DNA of 63,453 nt, the filler included, from Rhabdomonas costata (Eukaryota), in assembly GCA_019059605.1 (NCBI GenBank). It is 29 parts of 29 records of this genome, joined end to end, with 100 filler letters (N's around TTAATTAATTAA, not from the genome) between each part and the next. Parts side by side here need not be neighbours in the genome. Positions count along the whole stretch, not along the records: positions 10,962 to 13,053 come from JAHMHO010005720.1; positions 13,154 to 15,244 come from JAHMHO010005721.1; positions 15,345 to 17,436 come from JAHMHO010005722.1; positions 17,537 to 19,628 come from JAHMHO010005723.1; positions 19,729 to 21,819 come from JAHMHO010005724.1; positions 21,920 to 24,010 come from JAHMHO010005725.1; positions 24,111 to 26,199 come from JAHMHO010005726.1; 22 more parts are not named here. One strand, 5' to 3'. This document shows positions 11,158 to 24,172 of the stretch, piece after piece (positions within the stretch are counted from its first letter, which is position 1; the number at the start of each line of letters is the position of its first letter). The notes below the pieces were generated by a model. It searched no databases, was not told where the DNA came from, and saw only the letters and a program-made list of their open reading frames with translations. A program made the position numbers and the translations under genes.

Positions 11158-11482
11158 CTGTAGGAGGCCAAACAATTGAGAGAAATGCCATGGTGGCAAC
11201 AAGCCGTAGTCTTGAGCATGGCCCTTCCTCCTTTGAACAATGTATGTTCACCACAAATGCGATGCCTGATGGGTGCCAAACTACGCGAACGAGAACTCTT
11301 TACGCTCCTTTACACTCGTAGACGTTTGGGGTAATACCGGGTGTACAGGTACAATAGTACAAAATTCCATATAAAATACTTTTTCTATTGTATATTAAAC
11401 ATATAGAAAACGGAGAGGAGTGAAATACCATTTTCAAAGGGCTTTAAAAAGGACCTTAACACTGACGTCAGAGTCAGTACCA

Positions 11483-12744
11483 ATGGCTTGTCCAAACCGT
11501 TATCGGCTTTTCATTTTTGGGACCGTTGTTATTCTGATGTTCTTTACTCCTATACCACGTCAGAGCTTGTTTTCTGAACCAGAGGAGCCTTTGCGAGGTG
11601 TGTGTTGTTGCACAATGTGATTTCAACACAATTCCGCAGGATCCTAGTTGCTGATTTATTTGACGGACTTCATAAAGTGAGTATGGGATCCCATAAAATT
11701 CAGTTACACTCGGAGAATGCAGGAAAATACGGTGTTTCCTCCAGGGTTTGTGCGGTGTGCGTTTGTCAGATCAGTACTCGTGGACTTTGCTTAGTGCTTC
11801 TCCTGGTTGGGTAGCCCGTGAGGCTCACTGTGCTGTTGTCTTCAATGAGGAACTGTTTGTTATCGCCGGGCACGGTTCCGCGGCGAACCTGGGCGATGTC
11901 TGGAAAAGTAATGATGGACTTAGCTGGGTTTTGGTGACGACTGCAGCAGGCTTCGGCACCCGCAGTGACATGTCGTGCACAGTTTTGGGTGGCACATTGC
12001 TGGTGCTGGGTGGAACAAAGGGCGCTGCTCGTCTCAGTGATGTGTGGGGCAGCAGTACTGGTTCCAAGTGGTTGCCCCTTTCCGAGGGAACCGGAACCTT
12101 TACCCCACGCTGTGGTCACAAGTCATTGACCTTTCGAGGAAAGATCTGGGTGACTGCGGGCTTTGACAGCCGTGGTTTGCCCCTGAATGATGTTTGGAGC
12201 AGCGAGACTGGCGCTTCCAACAGCTGGGTCCAGTCGCGAACCACAAGGCCGTGGTTTTCCGCCCGTGGTAACCACGGCTTTGCGTCCTTTGACGGTTGGA
12301 TGTGGATTGTCGCCGGATGTTGTTTCAAGAATGACGTATGTGCAGCATTGTTTGCGCTTTAAGTGTTCAGCTTTGTCAGTTGTGTCTTGCTTTCTGTGAA
12401 CGTTGTGGACACAGGTGTGGCGCAGCTCGGAAGGAGCAGTGTGGTGGTCTGTGGTGCCCTCTGGGGCGCCCTTTGCTGCTCGCTCCTCCGGTGCATTGGT
12501 TGTTTGGTTTGGGCGACTCTGGTTGATCGGAGGTGACGCAGGTGCAGCTGCGACCTACGCTGATGCGTGGTCCTCCGGTGACGGGGTTACCTGGTCAAGT
12601 CGCTTCTCTTTGGGAACACCTGTGACTTCTTTTGCGGCGGCTGTTTTGGGAAGAACGCTGTTGGTCACGGGGGGCAGCAACCCTTGCTGTCCCAGACCAA
12701 CCCTCATTGGCCCGTTGGTGGTCTCCATTGGTATTATCCGTTGA
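11483..12744 (+). CDS. Kelch-type beta-propeller protein with N-terminal signal/anchor
   Basis: Exons 11483-11597 (hydrophobic LFIFGTVVILMFF), 11770-12335 and 12415 onward; repeats R..H....f...lwv.(A/G)G.....NDVW.S..G..W. 3' end uncertain. Confidence 0.85.
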
Positions 12745-14179
12745 AACACCGAGTCGGGAAATTTCTGTTGGTTACTGGGCAGAATTGCATTGAACTGACT
12801 TTGAACAACAAGTTACACGTTGTTTCCCACGTGGCAATGATTATTTTGAGCTTTTGAGAGCCACATCGAACTTTGCGGTTTTTGCGACTCTGCACTGGGG
12901 ACTGAGTTGCTGCGATATGGCACAGCACAAGACTAAAGCTTCCTTGGGCTTTCTAGCGAAGGTCAAAATAATCATTGCCACGTGGGAAACAACGTGTAAC
13001 TTGTTGTTCAAAGTCAGTTCAATGCAATTCTGCCCAGTAACCAACACAACAAANNNNNNNNNNNNNNNNNNNNNNNNNNNNNNNNNNNNNNNNNNNNTTA
13101 ATTAATTAANNNNNNNNNNNNNNNNNNNNNNNNNNNNNNNNNNNNNNNNNNNNACACACACACACCACCCGCAAACGCAGCACCCGCACCCGCAGACACA
13201 GCTGGTGTTTTACCGCTTACCTCTTGACCTATACACAGATCACAATACAATTTGTCATTTGTGTTCCGGAACCCTCTACCTCCCCACCTTGTAAAAAGGA
13301 AAAATGATATCGACAAAATCGACGTGGGGCTAAATTTTTGGGTTGAAATGTGTGCTTATTTGCTCCTGAATGGACACTGGCACCCCGTTTGTGCGGGCAT
13401 GCCCTGTGATAGGTTTTCAATGATGGATTAAAAAAAATTTTGTAATTGACTTGAAATGCATTCTTTTTGCAAATGATACAAATCACAAATCGCATCTTTT
13501 TTAGGCAGGCAGGTTGCTATTTCACCCCCCTTCCCCTGGTTTTCGAAGAGGATTGGCAATCTGCGCATGTATCCACTTAAATGATCTTCCTATTCCCGTC
13601 AGTGCTGCTGGCGATGTTCCTGTTTGTTTGTATTATCGTCCCACCCCGCTGCCTGGCTGCTGTTTCCGGATGCCCCTGTGAGATTGGTGACACTGTAAAA
13701 TCAGAACTCAATGCTTTTCCCGAGGAGCGTTCCCAGGAACAAGGAATTTCGGCGCACGTTTACCCTGTGTCCCCTAGATCTACGGTCTTCTTTTTTTCAA
13801 AAGAATTGTTCGTTTATTTCTCGTATGTGGTGTTCCTCTTGTGGCTTGTGTACTCAGCGTCTCGACGGTAAATGGGGTGACATCAAGAATACTGTTGGGG
13901 GTCGTCGTGGCGTTCTCGTGCACAAGCAGAAGAAGTAGAAGAAGAGACAGATAAACTTATTTGCATACTGGGGCGCCACAGCATAAACTTGTTTGCATTC
14001 TGGGGGGCCACTTTATATTTTGATCTATGGGGGGGGGGCCACAGGATAAACGCATGCCACGAAACACACTAAAATCTAAGTTTCTTCCTTTTCTCCATCC
14101 CAATCACGGAGGTCGCTAAGGTCGTTCTGAAAGTGGATGTGGACTTTTGCTGTGCGTGTCGGTGGGTGGGTGTGTTCAG

Positions 14180-14922
14180 CCCCGCTAAGTGAATCCCCTT
14201 CGGGGCACGCGCCAACAGCCACCGTGCCTGCGCTTGGTCTGGTGGTCACCCTCGCTGACCACGCGGTGCAGGTCTCGCAGCTGCTTGGCGAGGCTCCAGA
14301 GCGGGCAGGGGTGCAGGCTGGGGATGTGCTGGAGCGGTGCAACGGGGCCACCGTGAGTTCCGTGGGAGAGCTGCTGCGGATCTGCCGAGCCATTCCTTCA
14401 GGTTGCACGCGTGCCCCATTTCCGCCACTCCCACACCTTGTCCTTCGGCAGGTGCTTTGACTGCGCAGAATAAATAAGCAGTCTTCATATTTCCCTTCGT
14501 GCAAAATTAGCACCAGTCGTGCTTTATCATCCGCTTGTGGCCCTGATATCCGAAATCTGACCTGGTAGTTGGTGGCTCTCCCCGAGATTGTTTCATTTGC
14601 GACCTCTGCAATAAATAATGTCGGGTCTTTTGGCCTTGATGGCAACACGGCACTCGACTTGATGGCAACACTGCACTCGAATCAAATTCAACTTGTTGAG
14701 AATGAAAAGACATTCCGGGTGCTTTCGAAGCCCCGAAAGGACTGCCCTTGCCTATTGTGACGCCCGCATCTACCGCACCTTCTGAGTCTTTGGGGCTTTT
14801 GCTTGAATGTCTGCCCTTTTCTCAAAACAGGCCAGCCTGTGGTTCTGGAAGTGCGCCGAGGTGCGGAGCAGCTTAAGCTCACCCTTAACATGGGACCACA
14901 AGGTCCTTTCCCTCCTCTCTAA
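14180..14922 (+). CDS. PDZ domain protein, last exons
   Basis: Exons 14180-14401 and 14831-14922: LGLVV..VQVSQL...PERAGVQAGDVLERCNGATVSSVGEL..GQPVVLEVRRGAEQLKLTL (HtrA-like PDZ pattern). Confidence 0.85.
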
Positions 14923-15803
14923 CATCCTCCACCTTCCGGGGCTGTTACACCGTTAAACGGTCGAAACCTAACAAATCGTATTGAGGGCAGAAGAACAGTA
15001 ACCTAACCCCTAAAAAAATAACAACTTCTCAGTGGTACAGGCACAGGTAACCTTCCCACGTACCACGAATATAAATGTTGGACAACAAGAATTTTTGGCG
15101 TTTAAATCTGTTCAACGTTTAATGCCGTTTAACAGGAAAAGTCAAAGTTTTGCAAGACCCCTCCCCCCATGGAATGTCTCCCCTCATCTGTCCGCGCGCG
15201 GCTGAGCCCATAACCAATGTTGTCCCAATCGATCCACAAACCACNNNNNNNNNNNNNNNNNNNNNNNNNNNNNNNNNNNNNNNNNNNNTTAATTAATTAA
15301 NNNNNNNNNNNNNNNNNNNNNNNNNNNNNNNNNNNNNNNNNNNNGGGTGGTGGTGGCACATCAAGGATTCAGGAGATGTCATATCATGCGAGCTGCATTT
15401 TTGTGCACTTTCCTTTGTGCAAGGCTGCTGTTATCGCTGGATTTAAAGATGCAGTGATTCCCATTGTCCAGATGGTTAAGAGCTTTGAGTTCAAGCATGA
15501 ATTTCCAAACGGAGCTCAGTTTAGTGTAAGTGTTTGAAGGCGCCAGGTCCACTTTTACCGGCCTGCGTCAGGACATCTACAGATGTGCAGGGTGCTACAT
15601 TTACAGGTGCGGATATTGCGCGGCTCGAGGGTCAACATCTATGTTCATCTCTCGCTCGTACAAAGACTCTAAGATCAAATTGTACTAAGGCCCTTCGATC
15701 ATCTAGTGCTGCAACATCCTCTGCTCGGAAGAAGTTGGATTTGTTTTCTGTTTATTTCAGTTTGCAAATCACTGCAGCGGTTCAGAATAAGAGCCTCCTT
15801 ATT

Positions 15804-16664
15804 TGGGGTGTGCAAAATCCTTGCAATTACATTTGCTTTCTAGGGGATTTAGTTTTTTTTGGAAACTTCCGGAAAGCCTCCGGTTGGAGAGATTTTTAGT
15901 TTCTGTTGAACGAGCGTATGATTTTTCATGCGAGATTCTTATTTATTTCCGTGCTTCTGCAGAATAATTTGATCAGACGCTCAGATTTCTCCTGAATCTC
16001 AATCGCTTTTAGCCATATTACGACACACAAACAATTATGGAGCAGTTGTCATGCAATATTTTGGATTTTGCCAGGTATTAGCAGAACGACGCTTCTGAAT
16101 TCCTTCATCGAATTTGTGACCATCTCTTTGGTGAATAAGATGTTCTTGCTTTGCGCGTTCTTCTATTTTTGAGTGAGTTTGCCTTAAGGAATGTCTGAAG
16201 TGTAGATGGATTGCCTTGAAAAATGAGAGGTACCACTTTCTTGCTATTCACAAAACACTCGATGATGGCGCTTCTTCTTCTTCTTCTTCTTTGAAAGACA
16301 TTTTGGATGCGCATATTGCGTACGAAGTTTTATATTCCCTTGCGGCGGATGCGGCGTGAGATCCACCTGTGTCCTTAAAAAATCTCTCCCATACAGAAGA
16401 CAGCAGGCAAAAGTGTACTGAATGCCTCGTTTTCGTGAGAGTGATGAATTGTGTCAGAGAAAACGCTTCTGGACTTTTGTGCAAGTGGAATCTTCAAAAG
16501 CACGTTTCTGTCACGCTAGGAGGACAATGATGTCAGGACATTACGTTTGTTTCATCAGAACACCTGGCGAAAACGGTTGGAGTTTATTCAACGACCATGC
16601 CGTGGATGATTTCGAGGATATCGGCAGCGAGTTGTTGCAAGGGTCGTATCTCTTTCTTCAGTAA
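15804..16664 (+). pseudogene. Decayed intronless ubiquitin-specific protease (peptidase C19)
   Basis: Motifs in the expected order but in different frames with stops: GVQNPCNYICFL (Cys box, ~15807), QNDASEFL (16082), CLKC and CGGC (Zn ribbon), SGHYVCFIR..WSLFND (His/Asp box). Confidence 0.75.
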
Positions 16665-16935
16665 TTCTATGTGTTGCGATGTGTCCCGTGTTGTTTGTGG
16701 TCGATGAAGTTTGGGTCACCTCGCACTCAGCGGCACTCTATGTAGACAGTGGTTTTCATGTACGTGGGTATCCCACGTGTTGAGATGTGTACTTTGTTGT
16801 TTGTTGTCGCTGAATTTAATTCCACCGCGCACTCAGCGGCACTCTCTATAGACCGTGGTTGTCATGTACTGGTGTATTCTATGTGTTGCAATGTGTCAAG
16901 TGGTCAATGTTTTTGCTGAATTTTGTGTCACCTCA
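16664..16935. repeat. Diverged tandem repeat, period ~106 bp
   Basis: CGCACTCAGCGGCACTCT at 16722 and 16828; ATTCTATGTGTTGC at 16664 and 16877. Confidence 0.75.
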
Positions 16936-19474
16936 GTTGGTTGTTGTCTTCTTATGGATATGCAGATAAGGAACGTAAGCAAACAAATCACAAAAACATG
17001 TTTTCAAAACGAGTTTACATGATGTCTAGTGCCCTTGAAATTGTTTCAAAAACTGAATCTAAAGACAGCTTTTGTTTAAATGTCGAAAACGTTTGCTTTC
17101 GTGAATGTTGTGCACTCCGTGTTTCATTGTGCGGAAGAATCATCGGTGGAAGCTTTCACAGGTATGGAATCACAGTTCACACGGTAAGTTCAAAACAAAC
17201 ACAGGAAGATCGAAAGATGTAGAAGGAACTAACAGGAAAAGCACGCCGCCTGATTCCGAGACGTCGGCTGGCGGTTGGAATTTTACGATCAAATAGAGGT
17301 GAAAGAAATCCAAGAGGGAATTTACAAGTAAAGCATTGGAAAACTCTCAGAAAAGTAAAAGCTTTGATGGAGATTGATTCTAAAGCCTGATGATTAATTT
17401 GGAAAACACGGTAGGAAATTTCCGACAAATTTCAGCNNNNNNNNNNNNNNNNNNNNNNNNNNNNNNNNNNNNNNNNNNNNTTAATTAATTAANNNNNNNN
17501 NNNNNNNNNNNNNNNNNNNNNNNNNNNNNNNNNNNNTGTGTTGGGTGTGGGTGGGGGTGTGGGGATGATGGAAAGACGGGAGTGGATTGTGAGTGGGGCA
17601 ATACGACAAGCGAGAAGAGGCGGAAGAAGTGAGAGGGTGCGCGTGCGAGAAATAACGTTAGACAGGCGCAGGGGCGTGCTTTGGAAAAAAGAGGCAGCGC
17701 GGAGCGAGGACAGCTGTGGGCGGTCAATGGGATCCAGCAGGACACGGTGAAAGAAGTCGACGACAACGATCCCACAGCCTTGCTGGCCACTGATGCAAAC
17801 ACCTATCAAAAGCCCAGTGAGTTTCGTGGTCACAGAGGGCCAAGACCGATTTGCCTGGCCCGGCTCGGCGCGGGATGAGGGGTGGGGTGGGGTGTGGGTT
17901 TTGTTGTACATACATGGTGGGTGCTGTCATTAAACCCTTCGCCGCGTGGGGCAAAAAGCGGCGTAAAAGGGATACTAAAGAGCCGCCAAACCACCGCCGA
18001 CCTAGGGGGAAAGGCAGAAAACTCTGACCCCAAGGACCGGCTGCGCAGTGTTTTGGGAGGCCTGCTGTACATACAAAGACTTGCCTCTGCTTAGCTCTAA
18101 TGTGAATCCCGATTATATGCTCCGCGTCAGGTAAAAAGTTAGAACTCAGTCCAAGCCAAAAACATGCATGGAAAAGGGTGGAAAAAGGAGCTGTTAGGCA
18201 ACGAAAAAGTATGGTTTTAGACGCCTTTTTCGCTCTGTGAGTCCGAAATATTAAACTTTAATGAAAAGCGAGCAAAATTCTCGCTTTTGAGGTGACGCGG
18301 GCAATATGACCCGATTCACATTAAAAGTGAGAGTTTTAGAAATCCAATGATAAAATATGGGAAGCATCAATGCAACGAAGTGGGCAGTTCGTCTTTTCAT
18401 TTTTTTCTTCACTTTTTTCGCTCTTGAGTCCGAAATAGTTTCATTTAATGGACAGTTCTCACTTTTGAAGTGAAGCGGACAAACAAAACATGTCCGGTAT
18501 AAACCCATTGCCGGCTCCCGGTCAACCACCATTCGTCCAAACACCGACCTCAGAGCTCACAGAAGAAAAAAGAAACCCCCCTGTTCAGTTCTTGTATGTG
18601 CAAAGCCACAAATCACTGGTCACCAGTAACCATGAATTTCTTCCCCTTCCCTTGCCGGTTGCAATGACCTCCCTGCTTCTGTTAATACTTCCGGCTGAGT
18701 GTATACGCCCATCCTCAAGATAAGAAGCCGAGCACTGCGTGGGTGCCTTTTAAAACCGCCACGGGGTGGAAATCCTTCACCATTGTCCGGTACCTGAAGT
18801 TGAAATCCGATTGTTGTGTTTCAAAAAATGACCCTTGGACACGGAAGGGCCACGGGGACTGTTTTCGGAAGAAAAAAGAAGCAAAGGCAAGGGCAGAAGC
18901 AAAGCGACAGGAACGAAGCAGGCCGATAAACCCGGCACATAGAAGGAGAGAAGATTTACAGCCAAGACAGCGCCTCTCCCTGTTTACTCCCAGTAAAGCT
19001 GCGGAAACGTAACTATACAGCGCAGAAATCACACGGCAGCCTCAAAGATGAACCCCTTCACTCTTCCAATTTCCGAAGCCAAAGTGAGAAGCGAGGACTT
19101 CCTCTGACCCCCTCCTCGAGTGAGAGAATTCCAGGAATAGAAAATGCTCCCCTTCGGACCCTTCGGGTTTAGTGAAGGAGACGTGTGGGTGGGAACGAGA
19201 ATAAGTGAGAAGTCGAGAGAGGGAGACAGCGAGCAGAAGCAGAAGCAAGAACTTCTGTGGGCGCGGGTGGGAGTAGGCGTAGCGGAGGACCTGCGTTTGG
19301 CTTGCGTTTGGGTGTACGTGGGGATGAGGCAGCGAGAGAGGGGACTGCACAAAGCTGAAGAGATGCCAAGAAATAATTCTGCCTTGCAGCTCTCCAGTCT
19401 TTAAATCCCCGGGGCAGCCCCCCCACGGGTTGAGCGGAAATCGGGAGGTGTTCCCAGGGCCCCTAGCACACCAC

Positions 19475-19628
19475 TTAAACCCTGCGCAGCGATGGGCTGT
19501 TGCGGTAGGGGTGGTGGGTGTGGGCCTCGGCGCTCTGCACAAAGTCGTGGAGGGCGGAGCCCGCGCGGCGGATGAGCTCGGCGGGGGCCCCGACCTCCAC
19601 CACGGCGCCGCGCTCCAGCACCACCACT
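19475..19628 (-). CDS. ABC transporter subfamily C (MRP), C-terminus
   Basis: VVVLERGAVVEVGAPAELIRRAGSALHDFVQS...* matches the end of ABCC NBD2. Confidence 0.75.
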
Positions 19629-19728
19629 NNNNNNNNNNNNNNNNNNNNNNNNNNNNNNNNNNNNNNNNNNNNTTAATTAATTAANNNNNNNNNNNNNNNN
19701 NNNNNNNNNNNNNNNNNNNNNNNNNNNN

Positions 19729-20281
19729 TGTTGGTGTGATGCACATGTTAATCAGGAAGTAGAAGTTCGAGACCTTCCGGAACTGCTCCAGGAGGTTCAG
19801 CGGGAGGAAGGTCAGGATGGTATACTTCGTGGTGCGGATAAAGTTGGTGGGGAACCCCGCGTTGCGGGCCCGGTCGCTGTGGACGGTGATGGGGCCATCG
19901 ACGTGGGAAGGGGCGTGGCCTCCTCCCGTCACCGCGGAAACCTTTACCAGCCCCGGCGCGGGGCTGGTAGGGTTGTTTGGGTTGCTCTTCTCCGTTTTTG
20001 CGGATTATCCTTTCCAGAAGGCGTCCCAAGAAAGAAAATCCGAAATCCGAACGAAGGGCAGGTCAATGGGGTTGCTGGGGGGTTTGGAAGACTCTGTACA
20101 AGGGGCTCTTTACAAACACTGCACAGGCATTCACGAAACCACTCGGTGCGGGGGGTAAGGGAGAGGGGGTTTGGGGGACGTAATCAAGGAAAAATAAAAA
20201 ACACAGGGGGATGCAATTTCCTAAAGCAGAGAAATGCGAAAGAAGCCTTGGCCTCGCCGTTCTTCTGATGGAAATCGGCAT
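19729..20281 (-). CDS. P4-type phospholipid-transporting ATPase, N-terminus
   Basis: [34 protein letters not shown] signature in exon 19963-19729; probable first exon 20281-20247 via an in-phase GC-AG intron. Confidence 0.9.
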
Positions 20282-21496
20282 CTCATCTTCCGGCAGTCTA
20301 CGTAAGTAAAAGCGCTGCTAAGCTGCCAGAACACTCAATGAACAGCGAAAAATAAGACACTGAGCACCCCGAAGCTCAGAATTTGAAATCAGATGCATTT
20401 CCACCTGAGGTCGTTTTTGAAAATGCAGATAAATGCAATCACATGTGAGCAGCACTTTAGGAACTGAGGTTATGCGATACTGCCTTCGAAATTGCTTGAA
20501 CCGGGAAGAATAGAAAACAATTAGGATACACCCAAGTCGCATTCCCTTTGCTTCGCAACCAAATTCCGAAAGGTACCCAAGGACAGAACTATACAATCAA
20601 GAGGGGTTGCAGTTCTGAGATTACAAGCATAGAAATTGAGCGAATCCGTTCCACACGTCCCACGCAGAAAATGCGGCAAGGGTTGCGGAATCGGACGATC
20701 TCCAGTCAACAAGGAGGCTCAGCAATCAGGGGCTACTCGCAATGCTGTTATTCTCGGACCGGCCGAGTGTGCAGGAACTGGTTCAGCCCACGTGCAAGGT
20801 AAACGGGCTCGTTCGGATGCCGTGCCGAAGCCCGGCCCTCGTCAAGGATGTCCCAGAAAGCAAAACCTCGAGGGGCTCGCCCCTCGGTTTCAAGCTGAGC
20901 GTTGGCATCGTCAACCTGACAAACACGGAGGCAGACATGAAGCTGGGGGACATTTGCCGCCTTGTTCCCATTTTAAATGAATGTAACATAAAAAGCGCCG
21001 TCGCACTCGGAATCACGTATAACATGCGAAATACATGACGAAGCGCAGGAGACGCTTCCTAAACAGGGGTGCGAGAAGATTCGGGCATGCGAGCCCGCGG
21101 AATCAAGGTCCTCCTCGAAGAGTCGGTAAGGCAATGACGAGTTGGGCGTCGGCAAACCGCCCGTCCCCTAACATCCCTCTCGCGGCTGCAAATGGTCCCG
21201 ACAGGCCCAGACCTCGTCGGTTTCACGAAGGAATGCAGTAATAGGAGAGAAGGTGGGAGAACATATCTAACAATGAAATAAAGAGCAACACATGTGAATA
21301 CCAATGAAAAACGTAACACAACACAATTCTCGAAACTCCGACTTCTAGAAAGGTCAAAATTGGGAACCCTCTTGGGGAGCCCACCCTTGAAAAACCGCCC
21401 GAACCAGGACACGACCTCAGGGGGCAGGATCAGCAGAAACTTCCCATCGCCCGCCCAGCCGTTTGCCAACCCCACCACGAGCTGAGTGGGTCTCAC

Positions 21497-21625
21497 CTCC
21501 ACACGGGCCTCACAGACGGGGTACCGCAACTCGGGGTCCCTGGAGAAGTCCAGGGTAAACCCCGCATCCATGGAGCGCACAAAGTCGACCAGCACCGAGG
21601 ACGGCGGCTTTTTCTCCACAGAGAC
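21497..21625 (-). CDS. Exon of hypothetical protein
   Basis: cag|VSVEKKPPSSVLVDFVRSMDAGFTLDFSRDPELRYPVCEARVE|gtgaga, GC3-rich codons. Confidence 0.45.
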
Positions 21626-23513
21626 CTGCAGCAGTGGGAAAGCCTAAAGAATACGGAGACGGAATGTCCCACTTGTGCTGCTGCTTCCCTTCAGCTTCCG
21701 GAGCAAACATTAGAGAGTGCACAATTGCTATTGTTATTCTGTGTTGTCTCTGCTACACCCTCTCTTAACACTCACTTCACAGACCCTAACAACTGAATAA
21801 GTTGTTCCGCGCAAAACAANNNNNNNNNNNNNNNNNNNNNNNNNNNNNNNNNNNNNNNNNNNNTTAATTAATTAANNNNNNNNNNNNNNNNNNNNNNNNN
21901 NNNNNNNNNNNNNNNNNNNTGTGTGTTGTAGGCAAGGGACCGTTCTCTTTGCGTGTGTACTGAGGGTAATTGGTTTTGTCGTTGTGCTGTTTTTTTTCTC
22001 TTTTGGCGAAATTCTCTCCACCTGCAGCCCCAAAATTTTGCGTGTGTGTTGGTGCGCGTGCGTTGGGTGGGACCCGATGCAAAGCATTCTGCTACTTCAG
22101 CGTGTCCATCAGGTTAATACAATGGCAATGGCAGCATAAGTCTTCGGGAATGTTTCTACCATACCTCATCAGCGGGAACATCTGCTCCGCTTTCATCTTT
22201 GCATTCACACCGGGATCCATCTATCCTCTGTCCCATTGTGTCCCATGTCAAAAGTCACCGATAGTCCATATCACGGCATGCATTGCCACTGGGGCTGACG
22301 GAGCCAGCTCTGTGATTTCGGTGCCGTGCTGGTCCTGCTGCACTGATGTTTTGACCTGGTGAGAAAGAGGGACCCAGCATCCCTAAAACCGCTGAGTATG
22401 AAGAAAACACTTCCCTACCCCTTGATTTCTCAGAAATATGCGGTTCAGATTGCACTGGAAGCCCGCGGACGGGGGGGATCCAGCATCAAAGTGTTGCCCT
22501 TCACATGGCCCTTCACAGGGGTGTCAAGCAATCCCAACGAAAATGACGTCGTGGAATTTCAAAATTCAAATCACGATTTGACGCACAAAACACCTAAGAT
22601 AGATTTAGCAGAAAAACCGCCAAATTTTCACCCTTTCAGATAATGAGACAGGAGAGATGTGCACCAGGAAAGGAGAGATAAACCATGGTGATTCTTGCTT
22701 AATTTGATGGAAGAGCCTCACCCACTTTGAGCAAGCAATCACGCCAAAGCAGTGTCTGTGTCCGGGGGTACAATCCCTAAACGTGACGCAAAAACCAGCG
22801 AATTCTCGCTTGCAACTGGTTTCGTCACGACTTCACAAGTAAATCGCGGCGGTGACTCCGAAGAGACGACTTGCAGTTCAGGGTTGGATTCATGGCACAG
22901 CAGCAGGGCACAGCAACACTGCGACAGGGTCTGGCGCAGCAGAAGGGATCACGGGACACGATAGTACCCCGCACGAAGCACGTGCTCGCACAGGATGTCT
23001 CCTGAGAAGCCAACGAAAAGGGAATGCAGAATACCAGCGAGGAGCAGGTGCGCATAAAAGGGGAAGGAAGGGCAGACATGCATAGAATAAATGCGCCTGT
23101 GTATGCGGGGGGAGGCGAATCGATGCAGTGGAAAAAGGCACAACGTGGTGGTGCGCTCGATGCCTCCAAGTTTCCGTCACTGTAATCCGAACGGCTTCAC
23201 TCCGGTAATTGGGTGCTCGGATGTTTTCCGTTTTGGGGCGGCATCACACCCCCGACCCCTGTTGTGCTGTTTGTGTTATGTGTGTATGTGTGTTCGTTTG
23301 TACCCATCCAGTAGCAGTTGTACAGGCTGGGAATAGGAGCAAAGCTTCCATCTAATCCATCACTCTATCTTAACGGCCTCACGACACTATCACCTACCAA
23401 AACCGAGCTGCGCAAGACATGTGCATCCCCATCATCACGACCACAAAGCCTACGCGGTCAATTGAAACCCAATTTCCCCAACGTACAGTACACACGGGGC
23501 AGAAAAGGCAACC

Positions 23514-23792
23514 TGGGAGCTGTCTTGCCGACAGGCAGGGAGGCCCCCCCAATGCGGCACTCTGCATCGCAGAACAGGCCCTGCCTTCGCTGGAAACCTC
23601 GCCATCCTTTCCTGCAGTAGCCACCAGCCCACGGCCACAACCCTGAACGCAGGGGGCCACCCCGGCCATGTCTGCGCAAGCCACCCCCAAGGCGGGCTCT
23701 TCGTATTCCTCCTCTTCCTCGACTACGTCCTCTTCCGACTCCCCCGCAACCTCGCCGTCGCCTGCGCCACAGGGCGTGGCGCTGCAGAGGTC
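23514..23792 (-). CDS. Acidic low-complexity exon of hypothetical protein
   Basis: Open frame DLCSATPCGAGDGEVAGESEEDVVEEEEEYEEP... between cag and gttgcc; boundaries approximate. Confidence 0.3.
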
Positions 23793-24172
23793 CTGCAGAG
23801 GCCTCCTACCGCGGCTGCCGAGTTGGGAAGAGGCAGCAGGCGGGGCTGAAGCAAACCGTCAAGCAGTCAAAGGGAGGCGGCAGAGGTGGGTGAATAAGCG
23901 ATCCGTTTTTACACGGAACCCAAACTAAATTCGTGCACAGATTGTAATCAGCCAAATGTCCGTCTACCCATAAATAAGCGCGGCAACAAACAACCAAACA
24001 CACCCACCACNNNNNNNNNNNNNNNNNNNNNNNNNNNNNNNNNNNNNNNNNNNNTTAATTAATTAANNNNNNNNNNNNNNNNNNNNNNNNNNNNNNNNNN
24101 NNNNNNNNNNGGTGGTTGACGTTGTGTGTGTTGGTGTTTGAGTTTGTGTGTGTGTGTGGGGGGGCGGTGCAG

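Noticed and set aside
12766-13046. 84-bp perfect inverted repeat (12766-12849 / 12963-13046) as a MITE or hairpin RNA
   Set aside because: The second arm runs into the contig end and primer-like bases; same geometry as the fold-back in the dynein contig, so most likely an amplification chimera.
15804-16664. Alternative genetic code explaining in-frame stops
   Set aside because: The stops come with frameshifts and deletions; conserved genes here read cleanly in the standard code and end in TAA or TGA.
19945-19969. 11-bp hairpin with CAG/CTG as a euglenid nonconventional intron
   Set aside because: It would be only ~27 nt, overlaps a usable AG acceptor and is not needed to keep the frame.
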